64,000 nt of DNA from Smithella sp. (GTDB lineage Bacteria > Desulfobacterota > Syntrophia > Syntrophales > Smithellaceae), in assembly GCA_018056685.1 (NCBI GenBank), contig JAGPFC010000001.1, positions 239,924 to 303,923 of the forward strand, read 5' to 3'. The notes under the pieces are model-generated. The model had not been told where the DNA came from, did no database searches, and saw nothing but the letters and a program-made list of their open reading frames with translations. Every line of letters begins with the position of its first letter. Positions within the stretch are counted from its first letter, which is position 1. Of this stretch, positions 26,239 through 35,944 are shown piece by piece. Position numbers and translations under genes: made by a program.

Positions 26239-26988
26239 TCATTTGAGTTTGTTGATTTTGCTGGCGGCGCAGCCGGCGCCGAAGCCATTGTCAATGTTGA
26301 CGACCGAGACGCCGCCGGCACAGCTGTTGAGCATGGCCAGCAATGCCGCCACGCCTTGAAAGCTGGCTCCGTAACCGACGGATGTGGGCACCGCGATGAC
26401 CGGCTTGTCCACGAGGCCGCCGACGACGCTGGGCAGGGCGCCTTCCATTCCGGCAACGACGATGACCACACGCGCGCGGCGGATGACATCCAATTTATCA
26501 AACAATCGGTGAATGCCGGCGACGCCGACATCAACGATTCTCTCCACGCGGTTGCCGAAAACTTCCGCGGTCACCGCCGCCTCTTCGGCGACGGGCAAAT
26601 CCGCGGTTCCCGCCGAAACGACGGCGATGTAATGTCTGGATGGCCGCGGCTTCTTTTTCATCACGGTGATGGTTCGCGCGAGCGGATGATAAGACGCCTC
26701 AGGGCAGATTTCCTTGACGGCACTGAAAATTTCATCATTGGCGCGCGTGGCCAGAATGTTTGATTTCTCCGCCGTCATTTTCCTGAAAATGGTTTTAATC
26801 TGTTCAATGGTCTTTCCCGGACAGAAGATGACCTCCGGATAGCCGACGCGCAATTCGCGGTGCGTGTCGAGTTTGGCGCAATCAAGCTCCTGGTAGGGAA
26901 AATGCCTGAGTTTCTCAAGCCCCTCTTCGACGGTGAGCTTTCCCTCGCGAATGTTTTCCAGAAGTACCTTAAGCTCTTTTCTTGTCAC
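26239..26988 (-). CDS. larB: nickel-pincer cofactor biosynthesis protein LarB (NaAD carboxylase/hydrolase, AIRC fold)
   Basis: ..IAVVSAGTADLPVAEEA...VVAGMEGALPSVVGGL...AVPTSVGYG. Confidence 0.85.
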   Translation of the reverse strand: MTRKELKVLLENIREGKLTVEEGLEKLRHFPYQELDCAKLDTHRELRVGYPEVIFCPGKTIEQIKTIFRKMTAEKSNILATRANDEIFSAVKEICPEASYHPLARTITVMKKKPRPSRHYIAVVSAGTADLPVAEEAAVTAEVFGNRVERIVDVGVAGIHRLFDKLDVIRRARVVIVVAGMEGALPSVVGGLVDKPVIAVPTSVGYGASFQGVAALLAMLNSCAGGVSVVNIDNGFGAGCAASKINKLK

Positions 26989-28187
26989 GTCTTTGTCCTC
27001 ATTTTAGCTTGAACGCTTTCGTAAATCTCCCGCAGGGGAACTCCGTTTGCCTCGGCCAGCCTTTTGCAGTCTTCATATTCCGGTTTGGATTTGATGAGAC
27101 GTCCGTTTAGATAACCGCACTTCACATGCACTGTGCCATATCGCGTCTTCACCTGAATGATTTTACGCTGCAGCATGGACTTGGTCACTTTGTATGAGCG
27201 CAGACCGAAGGTGGAGGAATGACGCCACAGGATGTCTTCCATGACCGGCTGTTGGCTGACATCACATAGCATCGAGACGGTGGCGGCCGGACGGGATTTT
27301 TTCATGACAATCGGCGTGAAAAAAACATCGTGGGCGCCCGCGGCAAAAAGAAGTTCCATCAAATTGTCATAGCATTCGGGATTCATGTCATCGATGTTGC
27401 ATTCAATCACAACAGCGTCGCTGATTTGCGTATCAGACGAAAGCGCGGCGGTTTTTTCTCCCAGAAACACGCGCAGAACATTGGGAACAGAAGACTCCCT
27501 GCTTCCCAAGCCGTAACCGATTTTCAGCGGCGTGAAATCAATTTTGTCCGTGAAGGCTGACGCCGTCGCGGCAAGAATCGCCGCGCCGGTGGGCGTGGTC
27601 GCTTCAAAGGGTACAAGGCCGGTTTTGACGGGAATGCCTTTTAGAATTTCCGCCGTGGCGGGAGCCGGAACGGGCAGTGTGCCGTGATTGCAATGAATGA
27701 TGCCGCAGCCGAGCTCGACGGGGGAGGCGATGATTTTGTCCACCTTCAAAAAATCAAGGCAAACCGCCGCGCCGACGACATCCACAATCGAATCAATCGC
27801 GCCCACTTCGTGAAAATGGACATTTTCCATTTTGCAGCCGTGAATTTTTCCTTCCGCTTCGGCAAGCCGGGTGAAAATATTCAGAGAGGTTTTTTTGACA
27901 TACGCGGACAGTTCGCTTTGCCTGATGAGTTTTGCAATATCACGATACGCGCGGTTCTGCCGTCCAAGCGGCGATGATGTTTTCTTCGAAGCGGGGATGA
28001 CAACGTCAAATTTCGTGCCGGTGATGCCGCCGCGCTTATCCTGATAAATTTTGATTTTGTAAGATCCGATGGAGAGCTTGCCAAGTTCCTTGAGTAAATA
28101 TTTGCGGTCAACGCCCAAATCGAGCAGGGAGCCCAGATTCATGTCGCCGCTGATGCCCGCGAAACAATCGTAATATAATACTTTCAA
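26985..28187 (-). CDS. larC: nickel-pincer cofactor biosynthesis protein LarC (nickel insertion, DUF111)
   Basis: MKVLYYDCFAGISGDMNLGSLLDLGVD..HFHEVGAIDSIVD.. Overlaps larB by 4 nt. Confidence 0.85.
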   Translation of the reverse strand: MKVLYYDCFAGISGDMNLGSLLDLGVDRKYLLKELGKLSIGSYKIKIYQDKRGGITGTKFDVVIPASKKTSSPLGRQNRAYRDIAKLIRQSELSAYVKKTSLNIFTRLAEAEGKIHGCKMENVHFHEVGAIDSIVDVVGAAVCLDFLKVDKIIASPVELGCGIIHCNHGTLPVPAPATAEILKGIPVKTGLVPFEATTPTGAAILAATASAFTDKIDFTPLKIGYGLGSRESSVPNVLRVFLGEKTAALSSDTQISDAVVIECNIDDMNPECYDNLMELLFAAGAHDVFFTPIVMKKSRPAATVSMLCDVSQQPVMEDILWRHSSTFGLRSYKVTKSMLQRKIIQVKTRYGTVHVKCGYLNGRLIKSKPEYEDCKRLAEANGVPLREIYESVQAKMRTKT

Positions 28188-28412
28188 AATCCATTACCTC
28201 GGTATTTCCGTAACATCACGTCATGGTCAAGATATAAACAACTGGATTTAATAGTCAAGAATATTATATTGCTGTTACCGGTTGTGACGCTGACAATCTC
28301 CCAAATGTATGATTTTCAAACTAATACGCGAAAGAGCGATGACGAATTTTATTGACTTTTTTGCCATATCATAACAATAGATAATTCAAAGTAAACAATC
28401 AGGAGGCGCCTG

Positions 28413-28754
28413 GTGGAAATTAAATACAAAATCTGGATTGAGGAGAACGGCAAGGTCATTTTCGGCAAAGGCCGTGATGAAATTCTCAAGTCCATCGAGG
28501 AGCAGCACAGCCTGAATGCCGCTGCCAAGGAACTGGGTATGTCCTACCGTGCAGCCTGGGGAAGATTAAAAGCCTCCGAAGAACGGATGGATAAGAAACT
28601 GGTGGCAACCAGTGAAAAAGAAAAATCCCTGCAACTGACCGATCAGGCGCGAGTGATTATCGAAAGATTTGAAAAACTGGAGGAAGACGTGGAAAGAATA
28701 CTCCACGAAGCCGAACAGGATTTTAAAAAAATCTTAAAAGATACAGGGAAATAA
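28413..28754 (+). CDS. ModE N-terminal-like winged-helix regulator (113 aa, GTG start)
   Basis: ..SIEEQHSLNAAAKELGMSYRAAWGRLKASEERM.. matches the ModE/LysR-type HTH. No molybdate-binding Mop domains are present. Confidence 0.6.
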   Translation: MEIKYKIWIEENGKVIFGKGRDEILKSIEEQHSLNAAAKELGMSYRAAWGRLKASEERMDKKLVATSEKEKSLQLTDQARVIIERFEKLEEDVERILHEAEQDFKKILKDTGK

Positions 28755-28772
28755 GCGCTGTCCGAAGAAAAC

Positions 28773-29429
28773 TTACGCTTTCAAACCATTAATGATAATA
28801 TTGAGACTTTCCTGCACAGTAGAATGGATTCGTTCCATTCTTTTTATCGGATTTCCGGTAAAAAGATAAAGTGAAATAATGCCGTTTAACATTCCCCAGA
28901 TTGCATTCTGCATCAAGCGTATGTTGTCCACCGGCGAAAATTCGCCGGAATCTATTCCCTTCTGAATGATTTGAGAAATAATGTTGATGTTCTGATTTGT
29001 TGATCTGATCAGCTCAGTGCCCTGCTGTGCCGTCAAATGCATCTGGCCGGTCTGCATCATGAAGGTCATCAAAATTCTGAAGAGTTCCTTATCGTTAAGA
29101 AAGTAATCGACGTAAATTCGGGCAAATTCCTGCAAGAGCTGTGCAGAGGACGCTTCTATGGCCGAAAAATTCTTTATCCTTTCATAAAGAGCAATATTGT
29201 CGGCAATGAGAATCTGGGTGTATATTTCTTCCTTGCTTTCGAAACAAAGATAAATCGATCCCTTGCTGACGTCCGCTTTCTCGGCGATATTATCAACCGT
29301 TACAGACTTGAAACCACGCTCAAAAAAGAGTTTTCTCGCTGCTTTCAAGATTGTATTTCGTCTGTTTTCTTTTTCTCTCTCTTTCTTCTTTCTTCTTTTT
29401 TCTTCCACGTCCAACCTGATTACCTTCAT
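28773..29429 (-). CDS. TetR/AcrR family transcriptional regulator
   Basis: ILKAARKLFFERGFKSVTVDNIAEKADVSKGSIYLCFESKEE. Confidence 0.8.
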   Translation of the reverse strand: MKVIRLDVEEKRRKKKEREKENRRNTILKAARKLFFERGFKSVTVDNIAEKADVSKGSIYLCFESKEEIYTQILIADNIALYERIKNFSAIEASSAQLLQEFARIYVDYFLNDKELFRILMTFMMQTGQMHLTAQQGTELIRSTNQNINIISQIIQKGIDSGEFSPVDNIRLMQNAIWGMLNGIISLYLFTGNPIKRMERIHSTVQESLNIIINGLKA

Positions 29430-29511
29430 CCTTTTATATGATGAACAAAAAATGACCGGCGTTCAGAAATCTCTGGAACGTGCATAGATTAATATCAGAG
29501 CTGTGTCAAGA

Positions 29512-29546
29512 AAAAAGCAGAATATTAAATAATATTCTGCTTTTAA
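29512..29546 (-). terminator. intrinsic terminator after the peroxiredoxin gene
   Basis: gcagaatatt-N4-aatattctgc, followed by a T-run on the minus strand. Confidence 0.7.
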
Positions 29547-29565
29547 ATATTTATTTTTGCAGGAA

Positions 29566-30150
29566 TTAATTTAATTTTTCCAGTTCTTTGACAAGAGCCT
29601 CCAGCGGTGGTCGATGATTAATATCATGCACATCAATGTAACGAATAATCCCTTTTTTATCGATGATAAAAAGCGCTCTTTCGGAAACACCGTCGGAACG
29701 CAACACACCGAATTTTTCGGCTACAGCCCCATGCGGCCAGAAATCGGATAAAACTTCAAACCAGAGTTTTCCCATCTGGTTCGTCCAGGAAAAAAGGGTG
29801 GGAATGCTGTCAACGGTAATGCCCAGCATAACAGCATCATGACTTTCAAATAAATCCTGCACGATGTTATAGCCCGGCCACTGATCGGAGCAGACGGGTG
29901 TCCACGCCGCCGGAACAAAAGAAATCACGACATTTTTCTTCCCTTGGTAATCCTTGAGTGAAATCATTTTTCCGCTGACCGCCTTGAGCGTAAAATCCGG
30001 TGCTGCATCTCCTGCCTTTACCTTTAAGACACTGTCGCGAGGCTTTAATTCTCCCGGGTTATAAACGTTATTTTTATAGGCATCAGATAAAGCATAAACG
30101 TTGAATGCAAAAACACCAATCAATAAAATTGATAATAATATTTTTTTCAT
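29566..30150 (-). CDS. secreted peroxiredoxin (AhpC/TSA, Bcp-like)
   Basis: Signal peptide. FVPAAWTPVCSDQ contains the peroxidatic Cys motif. Confidence 0.8.
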   Translation of the reverse strand: MKKILLSILLIGVFAFNVYALSDAYKNNVYNPGELKPRDSVLKVKAGDAAPDFTLKAVSGKMISLKDYQGKKNVVISFVPAAWTPVCSDQWPGYNIVQDLFESHDAVMLGITVDSIPTLFSWTNQMGKLWFEVLSDFWPHGAVAEKFGVLRSDGVSERALFIIDKKGIIRYIDVHDINHRPPLEALVKELEKLN

Positions 30151-30159
30151 GAGGTACCC

Positions 30160-30729
30160 CTATTTTAATCCTGCTGATTTAACGATCTGACTGAGAAAAG
30201 CCTTGTTGTCTCCCAGCGCCCCTAATTTGGAATAAATAACATCAGCCTTTCGGCCTTTCAGTTTGACGACGATGAAATACGGCGTTCTCACCTGACCGAT
30301 TGTCTTGTGCAGCTTAAAGTCTCCATCCGGAATCAAGGGAAATTCCACTTTGTATTTCTTTTTAAAAATATCGGTTTCATAAGCGGAATTATTTATCCCG
30401 ATGCCGATAATCTTGATTTTGCCTTTCAGTTTGGGATTACTTTCAATCAACGAGTACAGATTATTCATATTCGGGGCTTCTCCCTGACAGTAGGGACAAT
30501 ACATACTGAATATTTCCACAATCACGACATCCGCCTTGACTTGATTGACTTTAAAAAATCCACTGCCGGACAATCCCAGATATTGCAGTTCGGCGGGGGC
30601 GGTTGGCTTCGCCAACTCGATCTCAGGGAAGGTTTCTCCTACTTGCGGAGGATTAACTTCAGCGAAGCAGACTGCCGCAATCAGAAATACGGCCACTGTT
30701 AAAACTGAAACTGCTGTTTTTCTTTTCAT
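30160..30729 (-). CDS. secreted thioredoxin-fold thiol:disulfide oxidoreductase (TlpA/redoxin-like)
   Basis: Signal peptide and a CPYC active site in EIFSMYCPYCQ. Confidence 0.7.
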   Translation of the reverse strand: MKRKTAVSVLTVAVFLIAAVCFAEVNPPQVGETFPEIELAKPTAPAELQYLGLSGSGFFKVNQVKADVVIVEIFSMYCPYCQGEAPNMNNLYSLIESNPKLKGKIKIIGIGINNSAYETDIFKKKYKVEFPLIPDGDFKLHKTIGQVRTPYFIVVKLKGRKADVIYSKLGALGDNKAFLSQIVKSAGLK

Positions 30730-31087
30730 AATAAATCCTTTCCATCAAAATTAATTCGTTCTCATTGATGATTTAAAAATCACCCCACCATTTTTGTTTC
30801 TAATAACATATTTATTTATAAAATTTAAGCGCTATGAACAATAAATTATAGCTTGACTTTATCGGGTCTTGGATTTAAGTAAAATCCGGCGTCGTGAGAG
30901 ATAAACGATGGAAAAAAGTTGAATTTAAACGTTTTAAGGTACAAGGTTAATCCGTCATAATCTTTAGAGTTTTGCAGATCTTCATCCTTTCCGGGTAATC
31001 TTATACATTCTTTAAAGTTTTACGGTTTTAAATTCTGTCATAGTTTTAATTCGACTGATAAAATTTATGAAAGGAGTTTGCACAACT

Positions 31088-31288
31088 ATGCCGGAAGGAA
31101 TTGTAAAATGGTTTAACGCCAAAAAAGGATTCGGCTTTATCAAGCAGGATGATGGCGGAGATGTTTTCGTTCATTTCAGTGCCATTCAGGCCGATGGTTT
31201 CAAGTCCCTGAATGAAGGACAGCGTGTATCTTTTGATATACAGCAGGGTAAAAAAGGCCAGGAAGCGGAAAACGTAAAGCCACTTTAA
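31088..31288 (+). CDS. cold-shock protein (CspA family)
   Basis: [18 protein letters not shown]...VFVHFSAI contains RNP1/RNP2 motifs. The track's N-terminal extension was trimmed. Confidence 0.9.
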   Translation: MPEGIVKWFNAKKGFGFIKQDDGGDVFVHFSAIQADGFKSLNEGQRVSFDIQQGKKGQEAENVKPL

Positions 31289-31318
31289 TCTTAATCATAT
31301 AAAAGATTCAACAACAAA

Positions 31319-31352
31319 AGCACTTCTGCATCAAAGACGGGAGTGCTTTTTT
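31319..31352 (+). terminator. intrinsic terminator after csp
   Basis: aagcact-N16-agtgctt followed by tttt. Confidence 0.7.
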
Positions 31353-31595
31353 GATTATTATCATCGTCAAAAATCATCAAGGGCCGGACTCCGAAACCTT
31401 CAATATCCCTTGACAAAATCAAAAGATTTGAGTTAGTGCTTTTTAGTTTTTACAGATATTCTTAATCATTCAGAACCCCGATTAACGGGATGAATTCGTT
31501 AACGTAAAAATTTTCTGCAACTCTTTTGAGTACCCCCTCGCGGGGTAGAAAAGCGCAGAAATAATGACTAACTTGCTAACAATATCAGAGGTTTA

Positions 31596-33281
31596 ATGGT
31601 GTATTTCTCCAAAGAAATGCAAGAGACTTCTTTGAAACTGACACAGAAATGGGAAGAAGAAGTTCAAAAGGCTTTAAAAAATAATCCGGATCAGAAAGAG
31701 CGCTTTTCCACCGTATCGGACACGGAAATCAAAAGGCTCTATACCCCGGAAGATATTAAGAATACCAATTTCGCAGAAGACATCAGCGTGCCCGGTGAAT
31801 TTCCTTATTTGCGTGGTATCCAGGTTACCGGATACCGGGGACGGTACTGGACGTTTCGTATGTTTTCAGGCATGGGCAGCGCGCACGACACCAATCAGCG
31901 CTGGAAAATGCTGCTTCGGGAAGGACAGACCGGCCTGAGCACGGCCTTCGATTTCCCGACGCTGATGGGGTATGACAGCGATTCACCCAAAGCACTGGGT
32001 GAGGTGGGTAAATGCGGTGTGGCCATCGACACGCTGGAAGATTTCCTGGTGCTGATGGAAGGCATCCCGCTGGCAGATGTCACCACGTCCATGACCATCA
32101 ATCCTCCGGCAACCGTTTTGTGGGCGATGTACTGCGCTGCAGCGGACATTAAAGGCGTGCCACTTAACAAAATCGGTGGCACCATCCAAAACGACATGCT
32201 CAAGGAATTCATCGCGCAAAAGACTTTTATGTGTCCGCCGGAACCTTCCGTAAAACTGATCAGTGATACCGTTGAATTTGGCACCAAGTATGTTCCGCGC
32301 TGGAATACCATCAGCATCAGCGGTTATCACATCCGTGAAGCCGGAGCCACCGCCGTTCAGGAATTGGCTTTCACTATTCGTGACGGCATCGAATATGTGC
32401 AAGACGTCATCAGTCGTAAGAACATGAATGTTGACGACTTCGCTCCGCGACTGTCTTTTTTCTTTAATTCGCATATCGACTTCTTTGAGGAAATCTGCAA
32501 ACTGCGCGCGGCCCGCCGTATCTGGGCCAAAATCATGCGTGACCGTTTTCAGGCGAAAAATCCTCGCTCCATGTGGCTGCGCTTCCATACACAGACAGCA
32601 GGGTGCTCTTTGACAGCACAGCAGCCATACAATAATGTTGTTCGCACAACCGTGGAAGCACTGGCGGCTGTATTGGGCGGTACGCAGTCGCTGCATACCA
32701 ACTCGTTGGATGAGGTTCTCTGTCTGCCTTCCGAGCATGCCGTGGAAATCGCTCTGCGCACCCAGCAGATTTTAGCCGAAGAAACGGGGGTGGCCAATAC
32801 CATTGATCCCCTGGCCGGTTCCTACTTTATCGAGTCGCTCACCAATGAAATGGAAGAAAAAGCATGGGAATATATTCACAAGATTGATGAGATGGGCGGG
32901 ATGATTGCCGCAATTGAAGCAGGTTTCCCGCAGATGGAAATATCCGAGGCTGCTTACAGATTTCAGAGACAGTTGGATGCGAACGAGAAAATCATGGTGG
33001 GAGTCAACAAATACGCAACCGACGCCACACATCCGATTCCGCTTGTTGATATTGATGAAAAGGTTGGTGAAGAACAGATCAAAAGACTTAAGGAAGTGCG
33101 CCGCAAACGAGATAACAAAGCGGTTAAAACATCGCTGGACAATATCAGAAGCGCCTGCAAAAAAGGCGATAATGTCATGCCGCCCTGTATTGACGCGGTG
33201 AAAAGCATGGCCACGTTGCAGGAGATTTGCGACGTTTACAGGGAAGTTTATGGAGAATATCGCGATCCTGGACTGTACTAA
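31596..33281 (+). CDS. B12-dependent acyl-CoA (methylmalonyl-CoA-type) mutase, large catalytic subunit
   Basis: ..FPYLRGI..YRGRYWTFRMFSGMG..TNQRWK.LL..GQTGLSTAFD.PT..GYDSD.. Confidence 0.85.
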   Translation: MVYFSKEMQETSLKLTQKWEEEVQKALKNNPDQKERFSTVSDTEIKRLYTPEDIKNTNFAEDISVPGEFPYLRGIQVTGYRGRYWTFRMFSGMGSAHDTNQRWKMLLREGQTGLSTAFDFPTLMGYDSDSPKALGEVGKCGVAIDTLEDFLVLMEGIPLADVTTSMTINPPATVLWAMYCAAADIKGVPLNKIGGTIQNDMLKEFIAQKTFMCPPEPSVKLISDTVEFGTKYVPRWNTISISGYHIREAGATAVQELAFTIRDGIEYVQDVISRKNMNVDDFAPRLSFFFNSHIDFFEEICKLRAARRIWAKIMRDRFQAKNPRSMWLRFHTQTAGCSLTAQQPYNNVVRTTVEALAAVLGGTQSLHTNSLDEVLCLPSEHAVEIALRTQQILAEETGVANTIDPLAGSYFIESLTNEMEEKAWEYIHKIDEMGGMIAAIEAGFPQMEISEAAYRFQRQLDANEKIMVGVNKYATDATHPIPLVDIDEKVGEEQIKRLKEVRRKRDNKAVKTSLDNIRSACKKGDNVMPPCIDAVKSMATLQEICDVYREVYGEYRDPGLY

Positions 33282-33298
33282 TGACACTCGCTGATAAT

Positions 33299-33432
33299 GA
33301 GACAAGCTGAAATCGAGCGAAGCGAGATTGAGCCGTAAGTCGAACTATCCTAGGAGCGAAGCGACGTAGGAAAACGAGCTTAGCGAAGTTTGAAGCGTAA
33401 GTGGAATTATCCCCTGAGCGAAGCGAATGGGG
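33299..33432 (+). repeat. two tandem family A repeat units between the mutase large- and small-subunit genes
   Basis: Units at 33299-33369 and 33371-33432. Three GCGAAGCG loops lie at 33317, 33356 and 33418. Confidence 0.75.
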
Positions 33433-33476
33433 ATTGTGGAATAAAATTCCAAACCCGTTATTTAAGGAGATTTTTT

Positions 33477-33878
33477 ATGACGGAAAGAACAATTCGCGTG
33501 ATGGTTGCCAAACCGGGACTGGATGGCCACGACCGTGGCGCCCGAATTCTCGCCCGTTGTTTCCGCGATGCCGGATTTGAAGTGGTTTACACAGGCTGTC
33601 ATCAGACGCCCGAACAAATCGCGGCTTCCGCCATTCAGGAGGACGTAGATGTGGTTGGTTTGAGCTGCCTTTCCGGTGCGCATCGTGCACTTTTCCCGAA
33701 GGTTGTCGAACTTTTGCGTGAAAAAGGAGCAGGCGACATTACCGTCATCGGCGGCGGCATTATTCCCGAACAGGACTTTTCAATGCTCTATGAGTCGGGC
33801 ATCAAGGCCATCTTTACTCCCGGCGCTTCACTCGATTCTATTGTGGAATGGATAAAAACAAACATCAAACCTCACTAA
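33477..33878 (+). CDS. acyl-CoA mutase small subunit (cobalamin-binding domain)
   Basis: [19 protein letters not shown] contains the DxHxxG B12 motif. AAGGAG RBS. The track's upstream extension runs through repeat DNA and was discarded. Confidence 0.85.
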   Translation: MTERTIRVMVAKPGLDGHDRGARILARCFRDAGFEVVYTGCHQTPEQIAASAIQEDVDVVGLSCLSGAHRALFPKVVELLREKGAGDITVIGGGIIPEQDFSMLYESGIKAIFTPGASLDSIVEWIKTNIKPH

Positions 33879-33898
33879 ACGTTTGCAACGGCGGATAA

Positions 33899-34873
33899 AT
33901 GGATACTACGATCAAAAAAATCTGTGCCGGTGACATTCGCACCGCTTCCCGCCTAATTCGGGATATCGAAGACAAACTTCCCGATGCCAAGGCGAAAATC
34001 AAAAAACTTTACACCCATACCGGCAAATCTTTCATCATCGGCATCACCGGCGCGCCCGGCGCGGGGAAAAGCACGCTCACCGATGCATTGATTTCCGAAT
34101 TCAGAAAGATGAACAAAACAGTGGGCGTGCTGGCTGTCGATCCGACCAGTCCTTTCACCGGTGGCGCGATTCTGGGAGATCGGATCCGGATGCAGCGCCA
34201 TGCCGAGGATACCGGCGTGTTTGTGCGGTCGCTGGCCACCCGCGGCGCGCTGGGAGGGCTGTCACAGGCCGCCGGCAATGCGATTCATGTCATGGAAGCG
34301 ATGGGCAAGGATATTATTATTGTAGAAACTGTTGGCATCGGCCAGCAGGAAATTGATATCATCAATCATGCTCACACCGTGCTGGTCGTGCTGGTTCCGG
34401 GAATGGGCGACGAGATTCAAACCATGAAGGCCGGTCTGATGGAAATCGCCGATGTCTTTGTCATCAATAAAGCGGACCGCGCCGGTGCCCGACAGTTGCA
34501 GACGGAACTTTCTTCCATGCTCAATCTTTCTCCAAAAACGGCCGATGGATGGAAGCCGCCGATCGTCATGGTGGGCAATGCTTTTGAACCGGCCACTTTT
34601 AATCAAAATACAGCCGAACTCGCGCAAAAAATAGGAGACCATCGCCTCTATCTGCAGCAAAGCGGTCAACTCACCGAGAGAATGCATCGTAAGGCCATGA
34701 CGGAAATCAAAGATGCCCTGACCTCCTGTCTTATGGAACCGGTAATGCATTCGCTGGTGACGGATGGTGAACTGGAGAAGATTGCAGAAAAAATCAAAAA
34801 CAGAAAATCCGATCCCTACACCGTAGCGGAAGAAATCACGGAAAAATTTTTCCAAAAACAGGCTAAAAAATGA
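33899..34873 (+). CDS. meaB: methylmalonyl-CoA mutase-associated G-protein chaperone MeaB/ArgK
   Basis: P-loop GITGAPGAGKSTL, then VDPTSPFTGGAILGDR and INKAD. Confidence 0.85.
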   Translation: MDTTIKKICAGDIRTASRLIRDIEDKLPDAKAKIKKLYTHTGKSFIIGITGAPGAGKSTLTDALISEFRKMNKTVGVLAVDPTSPFTGGAILGDRIRMQRHAEDTGVFVRSLATRGALGGLSQAAGNAIHVMEAMGKDIIIVETVGIGQQEIDIINHAHTVLVVLVPGMGDEIQTMKAGLMEIADVFVINKADRAGARQLQTELSSMLNLSPKTADGWKPPIVMVGNAFEPATFNQNTAELAQKIGDHRLYLQQSGQLTERMHRKAMTEIKDALTSCLMEPVMHSLVTDGELEKIAEKIKNRKSDPYTVAEEITEKFFQKQAKK

Positions 34874-35484
34874 CTATTGTAAAAAGTAAAAAAACCCCTG
34901 CTGTTAAAGTCAGCGGAAAGAAACCTCCAGTCCCCAAAACAGCCAGGAAAACTGTCGGACAAAAAAACAAAGGGCTGGTCATCGTCATCACCGGCAACGG
35001 CAAGGGGAAGACGACCGCCGCCTTTGGTCAGGCGCTGAGGGCTATCGGACAGGGGTATAAGGTGTTTGTGATACAATTTATGAAGGGCAGAAAATACGGC
35101 GAATTCATTGCCGCGGAAACCTATCTTCCCAACTTAACCATCAAAACTTCCGGACTGGACAGCTTTGTCATGCGCGACAACCCCGCCGCCATAGATATCG
35201 AAATGGCTCAAAAAGGCCTGGATGCAGCACGCAAGGCCATCAAGAGCGGCAAGTACGACATGGTCATCCTGGATGAAATCAATGTCGCACTGTATTTCAA
35301 ACTTATCCAGTTAAGAGACGTGGTGGACATGATCAAACACAAGCCTGCCGGGCTTGACGTGATTTTAACCGGCCGTTACGCGCCCCTTGAAATCATTAAG
35401 CTTGCCGACACTGTCAGTGATGTTCAGGAAGTGAAACATCACTACAATGCCGGCATCAAAGACCGCGCGGGAATCGAATATTAA
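34870..35484 (+). CDS. cobO: cob(I)yrinic acid a,c-diamide / cob(I)alamin adenosyltransferase (CobA/CobO/BtuR type)
   Basis: VITGNGKGKTTAAFGQALRA.G.G..V.VIQFMKG...LDE... Confidence 0.85.
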   Translation: MTIVKSKKTPAVKVSGKKPPVPKTARKTVGQKNKGLVIVITGNGKGKTTAAFGQALRAIGQGYKVFVIQFMKGRKYGEFIAAETYLPNLTIKTSGLDSFVMRDNPAAIDIEMAQKGLDAARKAIKSGKYDMVILDEINVALYFKLIQLRDVVDMIKHKPAGLDVILTGRYAPLEIIKLADTVSDVQEVKHHYNAGIKDRAGIEY

Positions 35485-35506
35485 TCCATTTACTTTTCAA
35501 ATCTTA

Positions 35507-35944
35507 TTATTTGCAAACCTTGCTTTTAAGCTTTCCGGAGGACGTATTATCGACAATCTTGTCCCACTTGAACAACGATTCAGGTGCCGAAAAAAGGGCC
35601 TTTTTTTCTTTGTCGTAAATAGTCATCGCATTGATTTTGAACTTATTATTCTTGCAATCAACATCAACAAGCAATGCGCTAAAGTTTAACAGATCCGGAC
35701 TTTGAGGTGCTGCATTTTTTTGTGTCAGTTGATAAAAGTCTTTTGCTTTTCCTTCTTTATTGTATACTTTTATCGTCCAGACACTGAAAATATTATCTCC
35801 TGTTTTTTTGATGCTGTTTTTTTCGTAATATCTGTTTCCTGTTTTCGCCACGTCATAAAGAACCCATTCTTCCGCCCATGCTTGAGTCGCAAACAGAAAA
35901 AAGAACAATAAAAAAACCACCCTTTGAACATTCTTGATTTTCAT
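35507..35944 (-). CDS. secreted hypothetical protein (possibly adhesin-E-like fold)
   Basis: Signal peptide MKIKNVQRVVFLLFFFLFATQAWA|EE. AGGAGG RBS before the ATG at 35944. The family assignment is weak. Confidence 0.45.
   Translation of the reverse strand: MKIKNVQRVVFLLFFFLFATQAWAEEWVLYDVAKTGNRYYEKNSIKKTGDNIFSVWTIKVYNKEGKAKDFYQLTQKNAAPQSPDLLNFSALLVDVDCKNNKFKINAMTIYDKEKKALFSAPESLFKWDKIVDNTSSGKLKSKVCK

Noticed and set aside
26224-26763. 179-aa plus-strand ORF overlapping the lar region.
   Set aside because: It is antisense to larB, which has clear family motifs, and its Asp/Gly/Ala/Arg-rich translation is typical of a shadow frame.
31477-31491. The identical 15-mer cccgattaacgggat (a small hairpin) also occurs at 54354-54368.
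   Set aside because: A few exact 15-mer coincidences are expected by chance in 64 kb counting both strands. The stem is only 4-5 bp, and flanking sequence is unrelated.
33390-33476. The N-terminal extension [14 protein letters not shown] of the track ORF resembles MKRQWNCPLCEAHTD of the minus-strand ORF 59533-59760, which might suggest a small conserved peptide.
   Set aside because: Both arise from translating copies of the family A DNA repeat. The similarity is at nucleotide level, there is no RBS, and the real B12-domain gene starts at 33477 with a good RBS.
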